A DNA stretch of 64,000 nt, taken from Phoronis australis (taxonomy: Eukaryota; Animalia; Phoronida). The position numbers and the translations under genes were made by a program. Numbering within the stretch: position 1 is the first letter of the stretch; the number at the start of each line of letters is the position of its first letter. Where the stretch lies: NCBI GenBank assembly GCA_002633005.1, contig NMRA01000126.1, positions 264,979 to 328,978 of the forward strand, written 5' to 3'. This document shows positions 47,574 through 59,160 of this stretch, piece by piece. Below the pieces are notes generated by a model, which had not been told where the DNA came from, did no database searches, and saw only the letters and a program-made list of their open reading frames with translations.

Positions 47574-49534
47574 ACCGGCAGTCCAGAGTATTTAGCATAG
47601 CTGAACGAGGTATCAACTCCTGATCTCTGAAGCAATTAGAGTGCACCTCAATATGTATAGCAATGGATGTCTGCCGGTGTCTGTACTCTGAGTGTAGCCC
47701 ATGGAGACCTTATAAGGGGACCAACAATGAGCTACATTAGATATTCGAGGTACCGGCCAAAACTGATTTAAAAAGAACAATCGTGCCTCTCTGAACACCC
47801 ATGACGGACAAATTGCACTCTGGAAAGGGTCCGCCAGAAACCCAAATGAGTTAGCTCATAGCCTACATTCAAGGTACTACAAAAATTAATTCTACATTAT
47901 TCAATACTTGCAAGTGACCAAAAAATTCACTCTGGGTTGTGCCAACCAGAAACTCACAAAAATCTTTAAAAATACGGAATGCCAATGAAAATTCGAGCTA
48001 GATTAGATATTCGAGGTTCCGGCCAAAACGAATTTAGAACGAAGAACTGACCGAATGACCCAAGACAGAAAAATTGCACTCTCGGTGGTAGGGGTCCTCC
48101 AGAAACTCAAAAAGGACCCCAATGAGCGAGCTCATACATTCGAGGTACCACAAAAACAATTTCATATGATTCCATAAATGCCACTGATCACTAAATTGCC
48201 TATGACAGAATTCCACTCTGGGTTCTGAACGCCAGAAACCCCAGAAAAAATCTCAACCACGGTATGCTTCTGAAATTTTGAGCTAGATTGTATAGTTGGA
48301 GTACCCGTCAACACTAATTTAAACGAACAATCGTATCGCACTGAACACCACACGACCCGTCAGAAAAATTGCACTCTGGAAAGGATCCGCCAGAAACCCA
48401 AAATGAGCTTGTTTATACATTTGAAGTAGCACAAAAATGTCACTTCCATGTGGTTCACTACATTGCCACTGACCACTAAATGGCCTATGACAGACAAAAT
48501 ACTCTCTGGGCTGCGTTCGGCAGAAACCCCAAAAAATCTCAAACACGTCCTGCTGCTGGAAATATCTGTGCTACCTTTCCCAGATCCTTGTTAAAACTGA
48601 GTAGAGTTTCGTAGAAGCAAACATCTCCATAAGAAAGCTTTTGTGATCACGTGCTTTGCTTACCGTGCATGCGTGGCGATATGGTCGCAGTCTTGCGTTT
48701 TCTGGAATTTCCGTAATATTTTCGCCTGTACCAGAGACCGTATCGTCTTTGCCTAAACTGAACACAAGTGACAAATGGCCGATGGCACAAAGTAAGAATT
48801 TTGGAACCGCCTCATAAACCTCAAACTTTCGGATACCAGAGACTGCCAAAAAGTCTGACCATAGTACAATGGGTAATCGAAACTGTTTGCTGGAAAGACA
48901 CTTCAGTGACAAAACATGACCCCCAAATTTGCGCTAGATCGAGGAATTATAAAAATAATGTCCAGTGATGCCTTTCATTCCATTGGCGTGCTATTAAAAA
49001 TGGTCTTTAACCAAAATAAACTAGAGTTAAATAGCCATCACTGCACCTTGATAACAAAGCTATGAACACATAACCATGTAATAACGGACACCTTAAAATC
49101 ACTGGCATGTCGACGATGACATCATGCTTATATATGTTTAATGTACCGGTAGTTTCTTGTTAACTTTAATAATGTTTGCACGTTATATCGGACTATTGTC
49201 AGTTTTTGTGGTATCTCGAATGTTTGGACTAGCTCATTTTTTGGGGTCCTTTCTGGATTTCTGGCGGACCCTTTCCAGAGTGCAGTTTGTCTATCACGGG
49301 TCATTCGGTGTTCAGTGCGGCAAGATTGCTCGTTTTAAATCAGTTTTGGCTGGTACCTCGAATATCTAATTTAGCTCATTTTTGTCCCGTGCAAGGTTCC
49401 CAGGGTCACACCCAGAGAGCAGACAACGGCAGACATCCAATTGTGTACATAGTGAGGTGGACTGAACTCTAAGTGCTCCGGGGATCAGATGTTGGTAACT
49501 CGTTCAGCTATGCTAAGTGCTCCGGGCTGCCGGT
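47574..49534. mobile_element. Foldback-like non-autonomous element: ~330-bp inverted termini with ~280-bp subterminal tandem units
   Basis: accggcag..ttagcatagctgaacgag..gatgtctgccg..ttagatattcgaggtacc at 47574 onward is mirrored at 49200-49534. The unit gagcta.attagat..aattgcactct..ccagaaac occurs three times in 47725-48560 and once inverted. Confidence 0.75.
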
Positions 49535-50217
49535 CTACTACACCGGCGACTACAAATTTATGCCGTATCTGACACCGACTTAATAACTTGGGAGGCATAT
49601 ATGCATGATTTGCTCTAGTTTGTGATGATTTGTTGGATGTTAGGTTTCCAAAACATTTGCATGTACATATTTTGTACTCAAGTCATGTAGAATAAATGTT
49701 TTTGAATGTCTTGGTAGTGAACCCAGGGTTACAACTCCATTCAAAACTCAATTCGAAAACTTGTCCATTGCATCGCATGCTTGGAGTAAACTTGCGCACT
49801 TGCACTTGAATCCTGGAAAGTGGTTGGTTAAGTTTCTAGTCAGAGTTCGAATACTAGTTTCTAGGCTCTGTTTATACGTCAGTGAGTGCATCATTTTATA
49901 AGTTTTACAAATTAATGTTGTACTAACATCACAATAATTGACCAGCAAGTTAACTTGTCTTATTCTGATTGCATTTAAGTTTGTTGTTAAATTTTGGAGT
50001 CTTTATTTTATTGCAGTGTGTGGCTGATCTTTGGATAAAGACAGCTACCAAGACAGAATTTATAAACTGTAGCTCATGAACCTATAGCTATGAATTCACT
50101 TATCTCATAAATGCGCGTCTATAGTCACAAAACATGGTTTACTTTCCCAGGAAGTTAAGTGAGCGGAACCAGCTAATGAATTAACATTTAAATGGCGTGT
50201 GGTGTAACATAGAATTA

Positions 50218-50281
50218 TGTGTGTGCGCGCGTGCGTGCGTGTGTGCGTACGTGCGTGCGTGTGTGTGTGTGTGCGTGCGTG
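50218..50281. repeat. (GT)/(GCGT)n microsatellite
   Basis: Direct inspection. Confidence 0.9.
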
Positions 50282-52252
50282 ACTGTGTAAGGTAGCTTTG
50301 AATATGAAGGAAAATGAATAACTTTGTTTTCAAGTGTCACACTTTTCTAATTTCCATCTCGTATAACCAAATTGTACTTAGGGTTACTTTTTCTAAAATC
50401 TATTTGCGCTAAAGAGTGCATAGGATTTACTGTGGCTACGCCTTCAACAAAAAATAAGTTCGTGCTCTAAATTTATATTTTGAACAGTTGAAAATCATGA
50501 TAGGCAATCCTAGGCACTATTTCTATCCTGATGATTCCAGAAAAAAATCCAACAGTGCTTCCCAAAAATCATATTTGCGACCCTTGCCAAAAAACTGTCT
50601 CTTACCTGTTCTATGTTTAATTTTATGTTCTTGAGACTTTTGTTGTTGAACTAGTCATGTAACCACTTTTCCCATCAGGTGTAACTCGTGCTTTTTGAAA
50701 CGTCAGAGCACGATTACAAATTCTAGAAATTTAAGAAGACCTCAATATAATAAAGTGTAAATTAAATTCATACGCGCTCAAGCAAAACGTTCCCATACAT
50801 TTGATCTCGCTGAGCTCATCAAAACTGTGAGCTATGGTAATGCATGATTTTCCACTGAATTCGAACAGCAAATCGAAGTTCATATTTCAGAGTATTCTGC
50901 CCCTTGGTGACGGACCAGTCAGTGGAATACACAAACTCAACACCCGACTCAATTACAGCTGCTTTAAGTGCGCATAATAATTGCCTTTGCTGTGTTCGTA
51001 TACACGGACGAGTGCGATGCAGTGTCGCATTCTCAAACTAAAGTTTAATTGCGTTGACGTACACGTAGAAAGGAAAACAGTATTGGGGGGCACAAACCAA
51101 TTCAGCCCCCCCCCCCCCCCNAATTTGTTTACCGACTCCCACGCCCGCCGTAGTCGGGTGGGCAGCAAAACTTGAGTAACTGTGTTTAACAAAATTTCAC
51201 GGAAAGTGAGAATGATGCCTAAGGGCCTTGCGCATGCAGAAGGTTGGGAACTTTTCCATGTGATTCAATTGAGACGGGAAGCTTATGTCGTAGTTAACCA
51301 TCTATGTTGGCCCTAGGTCCAGTTTGGGAAAATTCGTTTTATTGTGTACATGCTTGGAGGTAAATTTCGGAAGGGCAAGGTTACATATTGCAGGTACAGT
51401 GTCTTTGGGGCTGTTTCAAAATACCTCGCTGACACGGTTAGCCCAGTTTCCGATGGCTGGGACAAGCAATACAGAGGCCGTCCCAAAAATCTACGCACAT
51501 TTCAGTATACTGTCGCGAGTTCGAATTCAGTTCCTGTTGATAAGATTTTGCACCGGGGCCTACTGTGTGACTACACTTAATTTGAAAGTGGGTGCTCTCT
51601 ATGCACAGGAATGACAAACAAACGAAGAGAACGGAAATTTATTGCTCATTACTACTGGAAACTATAAACCATTGAGGAAATACGTCTTCTCAAGTAAATG
51701 AGGATTCCGTTTCATTTTATTTAAAGATTTTTAAAATTCGTTTTGGATCTCCTGTTCGTGAATGTAAATAACTAATATTCTTCCTAAATCAATAAACAAT
51801 GCATTTATTTTCATTTGATTTGCGACACCCTGTAGAGCTGTCCAAATACCATCAATATCTTAGAGAGTTATTTTAATCGTCCTGTATAACTTGCTATTTG
51901 GGGATCGGATGATAGAGATTTTCTCAACTTCATCCTTCAGCTTGCAAGATTAGCATCTAATTGTCAAATCATGTATGAATTAGTCGATTTTCGTAACTAC
52001 ATAAAGTTAACGTTTAAGTCAGAAACCAACGAATTCGTTATTTGTTAAAACAGAATCTGAGTAATTCCTGAAGGTATGCTCTCTTTTATCATAGTTGTAT
52101 TATTCTCAAACAGATGAAAAGCTTCTTTCCCAGTGCACGCGGCCTAGTTCTATATTTTTCCTGAAGTTTCGGCTGTGTCACGTTTTCCCCGTGTGCAGGT
52201 TGTTACAGACCGGTGCTAATAGCTTTCGGTGCGACGAGTGACTCTCTATTGA

Positions 52253-53002
52253 CAGTGGCGGATCTAGGATATCACAAGGGGGGGCAACATTTTGTCCGGC
52301 TGTAAACATTTGCGCAAACNATTTTTCTGTTTTTACCTCTAAAAATCAAACATTTTCCTTGATTCCTGAAGTATTATCCAAGAAAAAAAGGCAAAAAAAA
52401 ACACGGAGAAAAAAAATAAAAAACATGGAGAACGTGTCAAACAGGAAAAACTGCAAGTACTAAAGACTCGAACTCACGACCTTGCGCATACTGCGCGCGT
52501 GCGTTACCACTACACCTTCAAACTAAAGAGACCTACTTGTTTATGGTCCACAGCGTTTGCGCGCGAAACCTACTTCTTTTTGTAATGCTTATTACACGTT
52601 TTGTGCCATCGATTCTTAACAGATTTGTCGTATTTAAAATAGTCTTCAAATGCCCAAAAGACCAAATCCGTTTTTCGTGTTGGCAATAATGACGGGATTG
52701 CTTTGGAAATCGTCTTAACATAAGGTTTGACAAAGAGAGTATTGCGAGTTTCTGAGTGATTCACTAAGGCTTCGATTAAAATTCACATCTCACCAGCAGC
52801 TTCTGTTTTTTCATCGTCACTCAGGTTCCATTTTCTTTAAAAAATGAAGTAAATTTTCTTCATTGCACAGTGGAGCAGACGACGGAAAGTGAGTCGTAGT
52901 GCGCAGCGCCACTGCCGGTCGCCTGGGATATCGCGGGAGAGCCTATACTTGGCCATAGTTCCGTTACGAATGCGCCATGTTCCGAATTTGACACTTGAAA
53001 TT
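52253..53002 (-). mobile_element. Partial inverted copy of the 30669-32016 element, lacking the nested MITE
   Basis: cagtggcggatctaggatatcacaagggggg is the reverse complement of 31985-32016; similarity continues through 31400-31760 and 30865-30990. Confidence 0.85.
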
Positions 53003-53562
53003 ACATCATCATTGTACTTAACTCAGGGGTCATGCCAATCAAACTGAATAACAACTAATAATACTGTCAGACTATATTCTGGCAGGCTACTGCAACAATA
53101 ATTTTGTCGAATATTGAAAAATGATGTAAATATATAGACTGGTGTCCCAGCGGTGCTTTTAGAAACATCCTAGTTTCCGAATCTTTTGAAGATTTTAATT
53201 AAAAGTAGTTTCCTGTACTTGTCCACTGAGTTCCAAGATTATGCCAATGGCTGAACCTTAAATTAATGACACAATGCTTTTTAACATAATAGGTTAAGGT
53301 AAAGAATAAATAACACGCTTTGCGATCTAATATTCGACCAATGGACACTGAGTAATTGGTAGAAAATGTCCGACACCGCAGTAAATACAAAATGTGCCGG
53401 TACTTAGTAATCAAGAATAGAACCCACAAACACTGAACCGCCACCAGTGACCGATACGGTGATGGAATGATTCTAAATAGATGAGTGGGGGTTTGTTATT
53501 ACGCGGAAACAATTTTAAACTGTGAACCATTAAATTTTGTTGATGGCCTTTATAATGTTATT

Positions 53563-53805
53563 AGAGGTGACAGTGTGGCCTGGTTGATAAGTGCCTGCTT
53601 TCATTACTCGAGGTCGTGGGTTCGAGTCACACCAGGTCACACTGCTAAACCCTTGAGCCAGGTTTCTAGCTCCTCAATTTGATTTTAACCATATATTAAT
53701 AAAGCATAAAAATATTTCCAGGTGATCAGTGCAATGGGCCCACATGCGAGGCCTGCGCACGTCTGGTATAACGTGTATCAGACCGCCTGCAATTATTTTT
53801 TTATG
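53563..53805 (+). mobile_element. Full-length tRNA-derived SINE with 13-bp TSD
   Basis: A box tggcctggttg and B box ggttcgagtc; the 3' tail is homologous to the LINE tail at 40973-41050. TSD ttataatgttatt lies at 53550-53562 and 53806-53818. Confidence 0.85.
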
Positions 53806-54267
53806 TTATAATGTTATTTAAGTCTATAATATAATATTGATGTGCGATAACTTCATTTGCCTAAAAATTTATTCAGAGCCGAAAGTGTCGGAATTTGAGC
53901 CAGTTCGTTATTGATCTGTTTATTTCAATCGTCAGTTGACCATGACATAAACGGCGAGTAAAGTGTTTTTTTGTTTTTTTTGAAACACGCCCAGCGCGTA
54001 CTCGAACCTGAAGCCCTAGCGATCGCAGTCAATCCCTTTGCTGGTGGAGCTTAATCCCATTCGATTACTAATAGACTGTATTTTAAGCGTACCACCCGTC
54101 GGCCTTGATTTCAGCAACTTATATTATGACAAACAATGGTGACAATCACTAAAACACAAAAGATTTCGTTATTTTGTAGTCTGATTAAAGCTTATAACTT
54201 CACTGTTTTTGTCCCCCACCAAATATCCCCGTGATAACGACAATGTCTGACGCAAGAAAACAATGCT

Positions 54268-54338
54268 TGCACTAGCCGGGAATCGAACCCGGGCCTCCCG
54301 CGTGGCAGGCGAGAATTCTACCACTGAACCACCAGTGC
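54268..54338 (-). tRNA. tRNA-Gly-GCC: tRNA-Gly (anticodon GCC)
   Basis: GCACTGGTGGTTCAGTGGTAGAATTCTCGCCTGCCACGCGGGAGGCCCGGGTTCGATTCCCGGCTAGTGCA: 71 nt, canonical cloverleaf, nearly identical to metazoan tRNA-Gly(GCC). A TTTT Pol III terminator follows at 54257-54260. Confidence 0.97.
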
Positions 54339-57300
54339 TCTCTGCCTCGCCGTCGTGAATTCACTTAACTATTTTATCACTTGCGCTATTCCTAAGCAGA
54401 ACAGTTGAATTCATTCCCAGTGGTCGCGGTCTCATGTTTTTTTTTCTGAAGTTTCTGTCGCTGCAACGAAAATTTTGCCGAATATTGGATAATGATGTAA
54501 ACGTATAGACTGGTGATCTGGCGATGTTTTCAGAAACATCTTATCTTCCGAATCTTTCGAAGACGGAACTCGAGTGTTTTCATCCTGCATGTACACTTTT
54601 CCAGTTCAAGAAAATAGCTGACTGTGAACTTAGAATTGATTCATTGCCTTTTAACAAATAGCAGTTAAGCTAGAAGGAAAAATAACACGCGGCTTTGTGA
54701 TCTAAGAGAATACTCGACCAATGGGCACTGAGATATTCAAGATAAAAAGGCGACTGGACGCCGGCCGCGACAACTCAGTTAAAGGCAGGTGACTTGTTCA
54801 AACCTGCCCCACTATAACACGTAGGCTTACCGCCATGCACCATGCAGTGACCGATACAGTGGTATGAATCTATGAGTGAGTGTGTTAATTATTAAGAAAC
54901 AAAAACTATGAGCCATTAAACTCTGTTGGTGGCCTTCATCAGATCAGTAAGGAAAGCTTTTATTTCATGGCAGGCGATAACATGATCCGCTTATAAATTT
55001 GTGGGTCCGGGAATTTGAGCCAGTTCATTATGGATTTGTGTTTTTGAATCTTTTGTTGCGTCAGTTGACCCGAGTAGGCGAGTAATGTGTTTTTTTCAAC
55101 AGATCCCATCGCGGCACTCGACTAACCTGAAGCTCTGTGCTCGGCGCACAGTCAAATGAATGACTCGGAGCAAGGTCGGTGTGTGGAGTGGTCATCCTAA
55201 GTTGCTGCGCCCGACTCCACCACTGAACCGTGAACACTAAACACACAAAATGAAAGATGTTCTGTACTTATTGACTAACAAATACTGAATCGTTACCTTT
55301 CTGGATATTTGGAAACGTAAAAAATGAATTCTCGCGTGTGGATTTTTGAATTTGTGCAATTTATCATGGCGCTGCAACACATGAGGCATTTTTTTTTTTT
55401 TTTTTTTAGTCAATATGAGGTTCGCAAATCCAAAATTCGAGATCCCTGCATCNTCCCCCCCCCCCCCCCGAAAGCAAAAACAAAAAAGAGATATTTGCTG
55501 GTTTCAGGATTCCCTAAAATTGAATTCTTGAATTTGAAAAATCCAGTTAATTAATATACTCTGGAATTAATGACAATTAAATGGGCAACAAGTGCGACAT
55601 ACGCACGCAAATATGTAGTTTAGGTAAAATTACGCACGTAAATAATAAATTTACGCTGTTAAGAGTTGATTTGTGCCGTTAAAGATTTGCGCTGCAAACG
55701 ATTAATTTACACCGTTAGCAACTGAGAGGAGCAGGCTGCCGGCGGATTGACGCGTGTGATACGGCCCAATAGTTCTATGACGGCATCACATAGATGTCGC
55801 TTATGAAGTATATTGTTTTGTTAACTTCACATTATAAAGAGCAGTTCTACGTTTTGACTTGTTCACAAAACAAAGCTGACGGATGTGCAAGCCAATATAG
55901 GCGAGTGAAGAAAGACGCAAGATTATAAACTACTTCAGTTAGAGTTATGTAATATAAACATCGCCAGAAAGAAGAATTTTTTACCAGTATAGCTATCTTA
56001 GACTTGACTAAAACTAACAATCGCTCACTAGCGCCGTAGCCTTGCCTTCCCCCGGGTAGCAGACAGTAGCCAGCTAGCAAGAAGACAAAATGTATAGTAG
56101 CCTATACAACTGTGTACCTAGACTTGCAGACACGTTACCCGTCTGTAAATTAACTTTGAGTCAAAGTTTGACTGTACGAAAAATTTAACTGCATTTAAGT
56201 ATACAGCTGTTCTTATGGACTGTTCAGAGCCTTCAAAAGGTGTGACCTCTTCGAGGTTAGGGATACCCCGCCCCCAGCCATAGGCAGTTACATCGCCCTG
56301 GATGCCGCAGGCCAACCGAGGGGCTACGTGTTGCCTACCCCGGCCACATCCTTTAAGATATATGGTGATTGCCTTTGTATCACGAGCCAAATACTAAATT
56401 CACAATTGTATATATATTTTGATGATAGTCTTCATATACATTACGGCGTTTTCCTGTTGCTTCCAACTTGTTCGATTCTATAGCCCAACAGCAAGTTGGG
56501 AAGATGACCCCTGTAGCCAATATCTTACACGACTGATTAACTCTATTCTGGCATTTGGCTGGAGGGCCAGCTCTCTTTTGTTCGATAATTGGTCTAATCT
56601 CCAATAAGATCGCATCTAGCCTGACTGGGCTGTGCTATTAAAAATAAAAGTTAAGTTATAACATATTTGAACATAAACCAATAGCGTTTCTGAAATCCTC
56701 GTCAAATGCTGATCATGTTTAGTTTTTGAATCGCCAAAATCGCCCAACTACAACTGAAGTTACGACAATCTATGATTCTTTCCGCACGTACCAATTCGCT
56801 CTGGGTTTGACTGTGTTCACAGGTAGTCTGTAGTAAGCCTTTTAGATAATTGGCCTGTCTGTTGTCATACCAGACAAAAGACTGTGCTTGGCAGTTAACA
56901 AAAGCTAGCTAGATGTTATCACACGGTCACATCCCTCTACGTCTGGTAAAGTCACTGAACGGGAAAACGCCGTCATGAGCTAGCTGGCTAATTAGGAATG
57001 AAACTGGTTCTCAAAATCAGGTACTGCTATATCCGACCAGTGTCCCAGCTGTAGGCATATTAATGAATGGCAACTACACTAAACTCGCTTTTTCATGAAT
57101 ATCACGAGGTTTGCAAAGGAGCGTTTTCTCACGGATGAGCACGAGCCGAAATATGTCTGGCACATGATGAAAGCTACCATTCCAACAAGTGCTGTGTCCA
57201 AAGCTCATGATTATTCTTCGTGAAAACAAGTAGATTATACCTGTTAATTTTTGGATGGCGTTTGATGTTCGACCTCTGTGACATTTTTTTCTTTGTTACA

Positions 57301-57619
57301 AATATTGAAGAAAACTGTTTATTTTTTAAACTTTTTGATTTAATGCTAGTTTTTAAAGTGTCTTTTAAAAAGGTGAGGTTCCAACACTTCGTCAAATTCT
57401 GACTATTATTGTCTCCTTGTACCGTAAATGAAACTTAGAATAACATATACTGTTTGCAGTGCAGCGTGGACGCATTTCAACGTTTTTGTTGCTCTTGTTC
57501 TAATCACAAGTGGTGTTTGCAAAATTATTTCAATTATTTCAGGCACATTTTTATGGACACACATATTTTTATGTGGGTGCATATTGCCGTCATCTCTGTC
57601 TTTCCTGGCGTCCTAGCGT

Positions 57620-59160
57620 ACACAGCTGTATCTCCTAAACCCCTAACAGGATCTTGGTGAGATTTGGCAGATGTGTTCCTACGAAGCTGAGGAGGTGTGT
57701 TCCCTTGTGTCAATTTTAGTTTTTTACCTTTACCTCTGTATCTTCCGGAGGTTCTCAACGGATTTTCATGAAACTTATCACATAGGTATCTATTGATAAT
57801 ATGACGCTATCCTTCCATTTTCAAATGGATTTGATGTATTTTGCGCCACCTAGTGGCCATTTTTACTGTTTTCGAGTCTGTTTTGTGGCGTCCGTCCCTT
57901 TCATCAACCAGATCGGTCTAAGATGATTGTGAAAATTGGCATGTATGTTGTTACTGTGAAGAGGGTGCCTGACGATGATTTTTTGACTACTGTGGCACTG
58001 CCTAGTGGCAGTTTTGTTTGATTTTGCACCTATGGCTGTATCTCGTAAACACTCTGCAGGACCTTTATTAAATTTAGCAAGTATTTTTATATGAAGTTGA
58101 CAAAAAACGATGACCACTTTCAGACGGGTCAGGCTACCGGTGTGCCCCCTAGTAGAAATTTTAGTTTTTTATATTTACCTCTGTATCATAAGCATCTTCA
58201 ACAGATTTTCATAAAATTTGGCAGAGGATTTACATAAAATTTAGCAGAAAGGCATTTATTAGTAAGATGACGCTTTCCTTCGAATTTTGGTATTTTACGC
58301 CACCTAGTAGTCATTTTTAATGTGTTTTGATGTTCGCCCCTCTGTCAATCAAACCACGTACTCTAAGGATGATTTTAGAAATTGACATATATGGTCCCAC
58401 TGTGAAGCAGATGGCTGACGGTGATTTTCCGACGACTTCGACTACTTTGGCACCTCCTAGTGGCAGGTCTGTTTTTGCACCCACAGCTGTATCTCCTAAA
58501 CCCACTGCAGGAGCTTCATTAAATTTAAGAAGTGTAATTATATGACGTTGACAACGAAAACACTGACTTTCAGACATATCCAACGATTGCTTTGTGCCCC
58601 CAAGTGGCAATTTCTTTTTTTTTTTCAGTTTTCCTCTTTTTTTCTGAAGTTCTGTGACAGATATTTATGAAACTTAATCAATAGCTTTCTATTAAAGAAA
58701 TGATGACATATTCCCATTTTCAGATGGATTTGACATATTTTGCGCCATCTAGTTGCATCTTAACTATTTTCGGTCTGTTTTTGACGGCCGCCCCACTAGC
58801 AACCAAACCGCTCTATTTATGTTCTTAGTGTTAAGAGGACAGTTGACAATGATTTTCTGATGACTTCGACTGCTGTGGCGCCTCCTAATGGCAATTTTTT
58901 TGCTTCCGTAGCTGTGTCTCCAAAACCCTCTAGAGGATCTTTGTTGAATTTAGCAAGTGAACTTATTTGTAGTTTACAACAGACGATGACTTTCAGATGG
59001 GTACTATAAACGCTGTGCCTGCTAGTGGCAATTTCATTTTTTCCATTTTCGTGTGTTTCTCTGATAGTTCCTTGACGGTAGCTTTATATTAAAGAAACGA
59101 TGACATGTTGCGGTTTTCGGATGGGTTCGACGTATTTTGCACCATCTAGTGGCCATTTTT
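57620..59160. repeat. Diverged satellite-like array: ~150-bp monomers in ~450-bp trimers
   Basis: gctgtatctcctaaac..cagga, gattttcatgaaactt and a GC-rich gcgcc.cctagtggc motif recur periodically. Confidence 0.8.

Larger units (their letters stand above)
53085..55140. repeat. Old tandem duplication (~1.37-kb period) around the tRNA gene
   Basis: 53090-53550 aligns with 54462-54935 (aatgatgtaaa..tatagactggtg, cagtgaccgatac). 53890-54015 aligns with 55010-55135 (ggaatttgagccagttc, cgtcagttgacc). Confidence 0.75.

Noticed and set aside
56260-56350. GC-rich segment considered as a structured RNA or ribozyme
   Set aside because: Could not fit hammerhead, HDV or twister cores on either strand.
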